Shown here: piece by piece, positions 1-11,989 of the stretch
Numbering within the stretch: position 1 is the stretch's first letter
Layout: the number at the start of each line of letters is the position of its first letter
Origin: Lingula anatina
Lineage: Eukaryota; Animalia; Brachiopoda
Length of the DNA stretch: 64,000 nt
Direction: 5' to 3'
Assembly (NCBI GenBank): GCA_051362555.1
Contig: CM120645.1
Span: 15,438,001 to 15,502,000 of the forward strand
Made by a program: the position numbers and the translations under genes
The notes under the pieces: model-generated
Database searches by the model: none
Told to the model about the DNA's origin: nothing
Seen by the model: the letters and a program-made list of their open reading frames with translations, nothing else

Positions 1-952
1 AGTATAGTGCTGCATTCTTCTTCTGCTAATAAAATCATTGCTGGGGCACAACTGCAATTGAAAATAAACAACGTAATACACAACCAGAGATTCATTCCAT
101 TTCTAAAAGAATACTATTCCATTATCTCTGCATTAATACTAATTTATTTGGACTTACTTCTAATTTAATATGTGATTTCAGTGGCACATATTACAATTAT
201 CGTAAGTGTATGAAGAGTAAAAAAAAAAATTAATAACAAAGGTGTTTTCAGAAAACATAACAGAGCTCTTTGAATAAACATATTTTCTTCTCCGACCTGT
301 CTTCAATGGAATCATTCATCATCCATACACAATGCATCTCCTTACTGGCAAAGGACATTAGCACTACATTGTAACCCAAGTTGTCAACTCGTTTAGCTAA
401 ATGCCAAATGTTTATGACATGCTATGTAAAATGACTTCCTAAAAGGTCTCACGTCAGCAAATATGAATACATTCCTCAAGATACCAGAGCTAAATATTCC
501 TTTTCAGGAAAATAATTATTACACCTACTCTGGGTTTTTCTCCAAGGCTTCCTTGGCTGCCTTCACCCTTGCTTGTGGACTTCTTTCTCTCCATGCCATC
601 TGCATAACTGAGAAATAATGAAAGAAAACTTGATACATTTTCTTAATTTCAAAACAGTACATAAGGCTGTGTGTGTACAGATACACTTTAACGACCAATC
701 TTTCATTTTACCTACTTCAAAACATAAAAAGTAGAACATGTTTAGGTACAAAATTAGCACAGTGATTTGATCACTTTTCCAATACAATAAAATTAAGTTA
801 CAAACTGAACAAAAAATTCTTCATTCAGCATTTCTTCTACCTGCCAATCCCTTCCAGCGTTCTCTTCATCATTTCATCCATCCACCCATGAATCCATCTG
901 CATTCACACAATTGCCTCCATCTCTCACGTCATCACGCTCTCCAGCACTTAC

Positions 953-3900
953 CTTCATATTCCTGTTTTCCTGCGTCTGTGTCACAGGTGAAAAACGTCT
1001 GATGATCTTGAGCGGAGAGATTCATGTCGTAGTAGGTGAGTGGTTCTTTGCCAGTGGCCCACGTGAACCTCTGATACTCTGAACCGCGGAACAGATTCAG
1101 TGGGTTTCGCCATACTTTACACTCTGTAATAAAATAAAATACAATATAACATAAAAACTGGAAGTCACAATCACTGGAGTAAAAGTAACTAGAAAAGCAC
1201 CCAGGGAGGACAACCCTCCACCTAGGCAGTTTACTTCTCATATTTTGTCATTATTTTATCTAGTCATTAGTAATTAATCAATTCTATGCTAGCCCATTTC
1301 TGACTGATCCTGTAAATTTTATCAAAATCTGTTCAAAATTTGTTGCAAGTTGGTGTATTTAAAAGTCTATATAAAAATGTTTAAAATATATTTCTTAAAA
1401 TCTTGTGTAAGCTCCATGTTCCTGGGAATTAAGATCAAGTGCATTAATGTTATAAGTTGATATTTAATATATCTATCATATGTACATAAAATGTTTGTTG
1501 AGTGTCATTGTCATATGCTGTAGTTCTTATTTAATTATCATAGTCATGAAAAAGTAGACCAAAACAATTGGCAGTTATGGTTGCCCTTTACATATCATAA
1601 ACCTGCATCCAGACACATCTCAAGTGCTATATCAATACCTTTTAACTTGATAAAATAGACTTTTCAAATTTGTGAATGTTTAAAACTGCCTGATGTCAAA
1701 TTTTCCGAAAAAAAAAAAAAAAAAAAAATCCAACTGATCATTTGATTTCTTTAGCCAAATTAGAAAACAGTGATTGATGAAAAATCCCCCCTCCCAAAAG
1801 AAAAAAAAAAAAGAAAAGAAAAATAATTATAACTGATCATTTGGTATCTTTCAGCCAAATCAGAAAACTGAGCATTTGGTTTAGGTTCACTATGCTAGAG
1901 TTTATTGATTTGTGTCACTGATGAAAGGAATTATTATTGCTTTTTGATGGCTTTTAACACAAATAGGAGGAATGGCTGTTTCCTTCACCATTCCAATGAT
2001 CTCTTCCAATCCCAGAGGAAAACTTTCATGTCACTGATGATGCAGATGAGGCGTCACTTCGACTGGGAGACGGGTGTAACTTGCACCATCAAGCAGACAG
2101 ATTACAGAGAAGCAATGGTAATTTTTGATAAACTAGTCACGAAAAGATCTTTAACAGACACATCAACCAAGCACATAATATTACCACAAAACACTGAAAA
2201 AATGGGCATCAAAGCAACGTGCCAAAATGAATTTAGTATCGATATTTACTAGCTTCTGTACCATGACTATTACTCAAGTGAGCAATGTAATTAAGATTTG
2301 CTTACATGTATGAGTAAAAAAGACCTTCACTAATTAGGAAAACAGGCAAGGCAAATAGGTGAGTTAAGACAAGGATAACTTTGGACTGAAAATGGAACAA
2401 ACTTGTGTCACTGAATGACAAGGTTGTAGAAAACTCACAGTTATGAGAGACACATTTTTATATGTTAATGTACAAAATTCTTAACAGATTCAATATAGTT
2501 CGTTTTGGTAAAGTTGCAATTATATCAGAATACTGGGTAACTGTGAAGTAATACCAAAGACCAGCCTCAAAGGTATATCTGGTTCAGTCCAAATAAATTA
2601 AGACTCAAGTCTCAATCCATGGGATTTATCTATCTTCTTTCTTAGTCACATAACCTTAAATCCATACATATCCTGATAACACACCCACAGTAAATCATAT
2701 TTTCACTCCCACACTTCCTACATTTATTACAAACTCTTGGATATAACCACTTACAGCATTCATATCTGTGCATCCACACTAAATAACACTACACACTGAC
2801 ATGCAGGTATTCAAATACGGTAATTCTACGATATTTGCAATGGAGAAAATTTGTGCATTTAACAGATACTGTATTTTTAAGTAATAATTTCTTTAAGTTG
2901 GGACATTAAAAAGCAGCTTAATCTGTAGTTCTATTTCATACAGTAAAAGCACCACAAATGCTAAATATGCATATAATTTTGTGGATTACAAAATTACACA
3001 TGTGAACTTTGGTCAATTTTGTCCATTAAAAATATCCAGTCATTACGGTATGCACACACATTCACAAACATACCACTTCAACAAATGCCAACATCCTCCT
3101 AAAACATCATCCCCATAACATATCCTGGCTCCCACACATCCCAGATCAATTACAACCTCCCAACGATCCACTCGCTGTATTCATACGTCCAATTGGTGTA
3201 AACTCTTCTACAGGACTATCACATGCAAACACCATGCCTATCCCCTGTAAGTGGATGTCAATGAATGCCACTCGGGCATCCTTGGAGATGTGACATTTCT
3301 AGGAATCTACCTAAAGGCACTCTGGGAATCTGAGGTGAGGAACATACAGCTCTGCCTGCAGAAACTGCGAAATGAAAAATGAGCCAAAAAATCTGGATCT
3401 GACGCCATGCTGTCACAAAACGGCTTGATTACAAGCAGTATGGAAATGTTCACAAAAAAAGCCATGGATATAAAATAATAACTTTAAAACAAATTTGTGT
3501 TGTAGGTTTAATTATAGTCACTCTGAGTATGAAGTGCAAAATAAAATTGTAAGGATGAGAGATGTTTTATTCTGTATCCTCTTGTACTGTCTGATGATAA
3601 TGATAATGAATAATAATAAAATTGGTATAGAAGATCATATACGTCATGACAATTTAAAAAAAAAACATTGCATAAATCAGGTGTCATTTATTATACCCTA
3701 AAGAACACTCATAGATTATAGTGTGAAAATATGCAAATCTCTCCAGGTATTAAAAAAATGCCTGCGACCATGGAAACCAACAATTTTGTGAAGAACAAAG
3801 GAGTGTAATGTTTCTTTGATTGCTTTCGACATCTATTATACAAATGGATTAGATAAAATTGATTTTTCGTCACCTCCAAAAATAAATGTAATATCATATT

Positions 3901-6900
3901 CAAACCTTAACTACCATATTTCCACCCTTTTCTAAGAGTTTTTCCTAAAACTTACCTGGTGTTGAAGAATTCTGTTGCTGCTGTGAAGAAGTGGAACTGT
4001 TGGATGTGCTGGTGCTGTTGTTGTTGTCTGGACCCCCCTCGGCGCCCCCCAGGAGCGGGGAAATGTGATTCAGGGACACCTGCTCAATAAAACTAGTGCC
4101 GTATTTCTTGAAATACCACCATTCAAATATCTGGAAAAGGAAAAAGAATACAATTTACATCAAGAAAAAGAGAAAGGTTAAGAATATCAATGGAAGTTAA
4201 TACTTATTGAGATGGGTGTATTTTTGTTCTTGAGTGCCAGTTTTCAAACAGATTTTAGCTTTGCTGATTGACTATTCATGGATATGGACTTGACTCAAAC
4301 ACCTTTATGAATTGATTTTTTGGGCCTAATTTGGTCACCTTGATCAGTCAGTATCAACCTGTGAGTGGTATCATCCTTCTCTTACAATTTATTTTTAAAA
4401 CTGTTCACTTAACTGCACTTAAAAAAAAACAGAAAATTAAACTGTAGTCTGAAGCAAAAAATTAAACTACCTGTAGATTTCAACATTTTTCTTTTAATCA
4501 CCATGAATACATTATCCAAAACTGTTCACAAAAATTATGATCCATAAATCCATTTTTGAGGTCTTCTGTCCTTTTTTTTCATCCACTCCTCACTATCATA
4601 ATGGAGACATACTGGTAGAATTCACCGATGATGATGATAAAAAACAGCAACTTGAAAATGGGTTAAATTATAGATCATAATCGTTTCAACAGCATTTAAT
4701 GGTGCATGCCTAGATGATAAAAGGCAAATTACTCAAATTCCCAGGAACTTCTCTTCATCTCTTTTTTTTTTCCTATATAAAGATGTAATGCACTTTATAT
4801 GCCTTTCTCACCCCCAGTGCTGTGAGTGTTAGCACACATAATGGCCAAGGATACACATATATGTCGACATTTACCACACATGGGGTTTCATCTTTTTATG
4901 CTAAAAAGTCAGTCGCACTTACTACAGATACACTTACATTTTCTAACCTCATATGATGTGCCTATAGTCTCGTTTTAGACTTCATTCAGAGTCATGCATC
5001 ATACTTTCCAACTTTGCAAGAGATTCTGGCTAAAGTGCAATCAGAGGAAAAAGCTCATTTGTCTACCATGCCTCCTTGAGCAGCTTGGGTATATCTCACT
5101 ATCTTGTGCTAATTAACCTGATTCCATTGATTGCACTTTAGCAAGAATCCCCTGGAGAGTTGGACCGACTCAGCTTGTACAATGAGTAGATCTGAATGAG
5201 CTCTTAAGCTATTTTGGATGATTTCCATTTTTATTATATTCTATATTCCTCTTGCTCTCTCTCCCCAGCAGCAGCCAAGGCAGCAGGTGGAAAAGCAGAT
5301 AATTTGGTTTCAAGTAATCATAGCTGTTTATTCTTCAAAGCTCCCAATATTCACTTACCAATATCAGGCCTGATATAAGTGATGAAGTACCTGTCAGTGC
5401 CACATAAAACTTGGGTGTGAGTGTATTCAGGAACATGGAAGCTGAAACAAAAGAGAATTCAGGTTACAAGAAAGGCCATGCTTCTCTCCTTTGATTACAT
5501 GCTATGAATTGATATTAATAATGAAATATAGATAGTGTTCCCTCATTGACGTCAATAAGACAATGGCATCAATATTCTTATATGTAAATTGTTTAGTGAG
5601 GCAGACACATGTTCTCTCTCTCTCTCTCTCTCTCTCAAACACCAAGGTATGGAACATGCTTGTAGTACATGCATACTAATTTAAAGAAGTAAAAAAAAAT
5701 AATAATAACAAATGGCTAGATAAACAGCTGTTCTTGCCATCTGACAGAACAATCCGACAAAATAACTTGTGATATATAAAAAACAATTAAATCACACCAA
5801 ATAGCTATTTTCATTCCATTTCCATTAGCCAATTTACATATTCATAGTTTAAAAAAACGTGTCGTCAAAGTTTGTTTTCTAATTAATAAATGCCACAAAA
5901 AATGTTACATCACATTACATAAATATTATCCATTTCTGGGATAAAAACATAATATATGTAAATGCAGACCATGAACCTACTTGAGAACATAAACATGATG
6001 AACTTCACTTCCAGACAGACGTCTCGCCTTGAAAATTTTTTACTCAGCCAAGATGTCGCAAACAAATTTTCAACCCAGACACGTATTTGGCTTGAATAAT
6101 GAACACTGCCCTGTTGCCGTGTCAAACTATTAAATAACCTAATCACAATACTCAACAAATATGCAGAGCAGAGCTTCGTCTACAAATGCCATGCAGCGTA
6201 TTCCAGTATTCCGCAGCTATCCAGCAGCAATTAGAGCCAGAGCCAAACTGCCACAAGCAGTATAATTAGCAAGTCGGCAGCAGAAAAACAGAACCCCCAA
6301 AATCAATACTATCATTAACCTAATGTTACTACTGTATGGCTAAGAGTATTAATCTAGCGCTGAATATAATGATGCGACTATCTTCTAACTCTCTTCGTCA
6401 CTCCATGCTGTCTGCTGGATAGGCGATGAATTTCTATAGCTTACGTTATCCGACTTGTACATTATCATATTGTACCACAGGCATCGGCTCAGCAGAGAGC
6501 TATATGAGTATTACTTCCAGTTTGCAATATTTGCAGCCATGGCATTTATTTGAATGGAAAGCACAATTTCATGCATGGTATGATGCATCAATGGGAGACA
6601 ATTCATACTGTGCCATCAAAGAAACAAACTATTGCCAAGTGCATAGAAGTGCTTACGTTGACAAATGCAAATTGCATAATTTATCCTACTTATTATTATT
6701 ACTTTGTCTATAGATTCCTTATAAATATGCAGAGTGTTTTGATAAAAATGAGTTACTTTATTGGGAATGTAATTTCAGCAAAAATGACACCCGTAAGGAG
6801 CTGTTGTATGAATCCATACCTTAAATATAATAGTCACACAATTTCAACATCAGTCAGATTGCTTTGGTGTCATAGGGCGCATTCCCATTGAAACTATCGC

Positions 6901-9900
6901 TTAACATGGACCGATCCAACTCTGTGGGTACCCTCGCTGAATGCAATCAGAATAACAGATTAACATGCCTCCTCCTGGCGTTGAGTAAAATACAGAAAGA
7001 CTGGTGATTAAACGGGTACGTTGGACACGAGAGGAGACGTATTAATCTGATTGAATTCAGTGAGAGTCCCAGCTCAAATGGATCTACACAGAATGAAAGT
7101 AACATTGGCAATGAGCCCACAGCCCTCATGGTAGTAGTGGTATAAAATTTTATACTTCCAAAGAGCCTAAACTTGTTTTTTGCCCGAGTATGACATTTGA
7201 ATTTCGACCCTTCAAGGAGCCTTGATGACATGACAGACTCCTCAATATAATTTCCTACCATCAATTTACAAAAGACAAAGAAAACCCTATTTTACCATCA
7301 TGGTGATTATATGAAATTTTCAAATATCCCATTTTTTCTAAGATTTTTCTTTTTCAAGATTTATGATTTTTAGACTCTCATAAAATTGCACTATATGACA
7401 TAAAGCCAACAAACTATTCAAATTTTTTAATCAACATTTCTAAATATAAAGCTTTTTTCTTGGGAATATCATTAACTCAGTAGTAAAAATTTATTGAAAA
7501 CAAAAATAATTATCAATTCACTGCTAATGCCAGGACTTCCATTTCAGAACAGTGTCTATTTTATTTATCACCTGACACATGCATACATCTTCCAGGAAAA
7601 CATGAAAAATGTTCAAGAACACACAGCTAAAATACTTATCACAAATCTGAACCTAAATTGCCATAATAACTCATGAACAGGAAGGAAATTAAGACTACTG
7701 ACCTACAGATAGCTTGCTGACAGATTGCTTTTTTTCTACCTGTCATTCTTTGGCCTTGAAAAAAATGAACCTACACACCTGTAGCTTGTTTATTTATTAT
7801 GTGGTTCTTCAAGGTCTGGTAAACCTTGCTTCCAACAACATATTTTCTAACTGCAGCTTGTTATTCGAGAGACCGAGACTGTTAAAAACCTCACAACCCC
7901 ATCCTGTTTTCAAGATATCAATCTCTGGCTGACCATTAGTAATGTGCTTTTCTTGCCTGACCTTGTAACCTGAACTTAGTACCTACCCTGTAGCCCTTTT
8001 ACAAACTGTTTTTACAGTCTGGTCCACCTTATACCTTGGCTTGCCTCATATCACAGAAAGACCTTTCAAGAGGCCAGTAGACAAAAATAAATAAATTAAT
8101 TAATTAAAAATAAATCTAAAAAATCAAATCTAATAAAAAATACAAATTAAATTACTAGTAAACTACTCTCCCAACTGTTTATTAAACAACTTATCTGACA
8201 GGTTATTATCTAAATGCTAATTCCCTTCCCCTTGCAAAATCACTTAACCTTTTAAAAGCCATGATCTTGCTGGTAATCACAAACAGTGTGGAAACACTGA
8301 CGATAATTAGCAAATAAGCCCCTTCTGACAAACTAGTAATCTACACTTTCAACACCATGTAGCATGCTTTTTTAAAAAAAAACAACTCCACTAAAGTCTC
8401 ATTCAACTCCAGTTTGATAACACTGGTGATAATTATAGCAAATAAGCTCTCCCCGACAAGCTAGTAATCTACACATTTATTACCGTGTATCATGCTTTTT
8501 AAAAACAACTCCAACTTGGAATTCTGTTTCACTATGGCCATATTCAACTAAAATTGTAACTTTAACACAAGCTTAATTATCTCATTAATGTCTCGTGATG
8601 GTTAAACAGTAGTTATTTCACACTACAATACTGAGGCTCCATTGCCATAGATACAATCAGTCAGCCAACTATGTGTGGAGTAGAAGTAGAATAGAATACA
8701 GAAAAGCTGGTGATTATAGAAGTATGCTGTAAACAAGAGGAGGCATGCCATTCTGTTAAGCTGATTGCACTTAGCGGGAGTCCCCACAGAGTTGGGTCGA
8801 TCTATGTAGACCAATGGTGTCATCTATGGGAATAAGGTCTTAAAGTGGATTTAAACGTTACTAGTAGGCATTGTCCAGTGAAGTGAATTTTTTGTCTGGA
8901 ACAGTAACTTAAGTGATTTTAATTCAACCATAAAATCTAATAACACAGAAGCATCTGACAACATGATCAGAATTATTAGACAATGTTAGATAATAATAAT
9001 TTTGATAATAATAACTAAAATAATAACAGTAATAACGTAGTATGTAGCTATGTTTTTCCATAATCTACAATTTCCACCCTGAGCTTCAGAGATAACTTGA
9101 CACTAACCTCTTCACTATACCCTATCTTCATCGTGTCAAGTTACCTCTGACGAAAATATTTTGACCTAGTTTATTTAAGCCAATCGAATCCATGTTTCAA
9201 AATTTTCACCAAAGTTTGGTGAAAACGCTGATTGGTTGAAAGTCCAGAATTATGTCCAATGAGAAAATTATATTTCGTTGCATCCACATAACCGTCAATC
9301 GGCACTCCGTGACTGATTCCGCAAGCTCCAAACAACAAAGTTATTGTCGAGTGCGGAGACATCCGAGTAGTCCCGAGTGCATAACCGTACACAAAGAAAG
9401 CATGGCATCTCCTACGAGTGACTACATAAAAGAATGTGTTAAGTTATCTCTTGATTCTTTGCAAATATGGGTATATCGAAATTGAAACCAGAGCAGTTTG
9501 ATGCCCTGCATCATTAACCCCATTCACACGAGACACTTTCAATCGCGATTAGTGCCAAATCGCGATTCTATCGATGTAAAGCTTCTAGTGTGAACGCAGT
9601 AGAGACGCCAAATCGCGATTCAAATTAATCCTACTCGAGAGGTGGATTCTATCGATGTAAACTTAAATCGCGATATAAAATTTCCTAGTGAGAACGGGAT
9701 CGATGTTAACACCGGAAGTTGAGGACTTAAGGCGCGTGCATAGTTTCTATCGAAAGTACAATACAATACAATACAATAAATTTTATTTCATGTCGGGTAT
9801 AAATTGAAACGAAACATTAGCTAAATACAGCTATTCGCCGACTGGAAAGTGAAACATGGTTCTGCCAGCTTTAATAAAATTAATTTCCAGGAGTTTTCCA

Positions 9901-11927
9901 GGAGTTTTCAAGGACATAATTTTTTTTTCCAGGAGTATGTTACACTGGACAATTATTATTTGTAAACCATCCAATATGAATATGTAAAAATATAACCAAG
10001 AATATTTGGCACAGCTAGAATTTATTAGTCTTATGAATCAATATATCATGCATTAAAGAGTCTAAATGTTCATGATGTATATTGCACTGTTGAAAAATAA
10101 CAGTTTAATCTGTTATGAAAATGTAGTTAAACAGTCTGTTTTGCTTCTTGAATTGCTGAACTAAGTTTATAATTTTTCCACTGAAGAAGCCAAGGCTTTT
10201 TCAATATCAGTAATTTCTTTCTTTTTCTCCTCAGCTGTTTGCTTGGGTAACAAAGGAAATTTTCCTAGTTTTCTCAGCTTTTAAGAACAGACTGTCTGCA
10301 GCCTTGGTTAAATTGTCAATATCTTCCTGGATTCTTTTTTTCTTCTTTTTCAAATCATCAATCTCATCCAAGATGCACTTTCTCTTTTTCTGTAATTCTT
10401 CACTGTTTTTCTTCTCCCTTTCTGTTTGAAGAAACAGTTCATATTTCTGCCTTGATTGCTTGGCATACAGTATCAAGTCTTTGTTGATATTGACCTCAAA
10501 TATTCCTCCAACCTTCGCCACATGGTCACAGACAATCCTTTGTGCAACCAGGGTTTGAGCTCTCATGTTCTCTACCTCCACGTCTTTGTTGACACTAAAA
10601 CCCCTCTCCACTGAGGCTTGGCCATGAGACAATACTAAAAGATGTGTTACTAGCTTCAACAAATCTTTGAATCTGCCATCTGGGGTGGACATTGTTCTGT
10701 GAATCAATTCATCAATTCCATTTTGGCAGGCATGCTGTGAATCATACTGCTTGAATTCAGCAGATCCTATGACAGGGATTTCATCTAGAAACAAGAAGTA
10801 TTGTTGTTGAAGTCTGTCACACTCATTCTCTTTCACAAGTTTATGGTTTAATAGAATTGACAGAGCTTTTTTGAAGCTGGAAATACACTTCTCCTTGTCT
10901 GCATCGGATGACATTTTGACAGGATTGAGGCAGGACAAATACCTTACCAAACTGTAACTCACAGGACATTTTTTGAGCAATTTTTCAACAACAGTAACTA
11001 GGAACATCTTGCACTCCATTCTGAACTCCATTAAACCTCTTTCACTGACTGCTCCTTTCTTAATCTTGCTTAGAGATCGATCCGTTGAAAATCCCAAATC
11101 CACTTTATTATAATCCAGGTGGATCTTGTTGTCAATTACATCAATTCTGACTAGTTTTTCCTGATTTCTTGCTGTTTGCATCACGTCATCTTTGATGAAT
11201 CTCTTCATTAGCAATCTTAGGATAGAACAGAGATCATCACTCAAATAGGGTATCATAGGTTTGTCTGTCTGATACCTAGTTAGAAATGGCTCTAGCTGCA
11301 AAGCGACAGATTTAAAAAAATTCATCTTCGCAAGAAACAGCTCATCCTTTGTACATTCGCTAACAACTTTGTACGAGATGTTTGTTGGCATCTTGAGATT
11401 TTTAGATTCGATTGCTTCGACATACTGTACTATGTTGTTCCATATCAGTAAAGCTCTGTCGCCTACTGGAATATTCTCAAGCCATCTGTGTTTTACAAAC
11501 TTCAGTGGCATGATGTTACTTGCAGTCACTCTGACATAGTCCTCAGCCCTAGCTGGCGAATCTTTGAACAGGTAGTACAGGGCTGAAAGACATGATGCTA
11601 CATTCCAATCTGTGGACTCTGCTCCTGCTTTAAAACTGTTGTGGACTATATGTAAACCACATGACCCGATGTTGATGAGAGAGGATCCATAGTCATTTGC
11701 TACTTTCCTCGATATTGTGTCATAGAATTTCCAATTCACATTTGGTCCATCCATGCTAATCTGCAACATGTTCTTGATTGGTAGACCACTATTGAGAACA
11801 CATTGACTAAAATGTGAGACCATGTCATCTGATGTAGCATGTCCTGAAAAAATAAAATAAAATATAAGCTGTTTATTCAGAAATGATTAAATATGACTAA
11901 ATAATTAAATCTTGTTATAATTATGAA

Positions 11928-11989
<62 letters not shown>

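Noticed and set aside
3311-3365. Possible extra ST7 cassette exon (acceptor-like site on the minus strand)
   Set aside because: Candidate lengths (46 or 55 nt) break the frame, the donor is weak, and exons 3 and 4 already join in frame.
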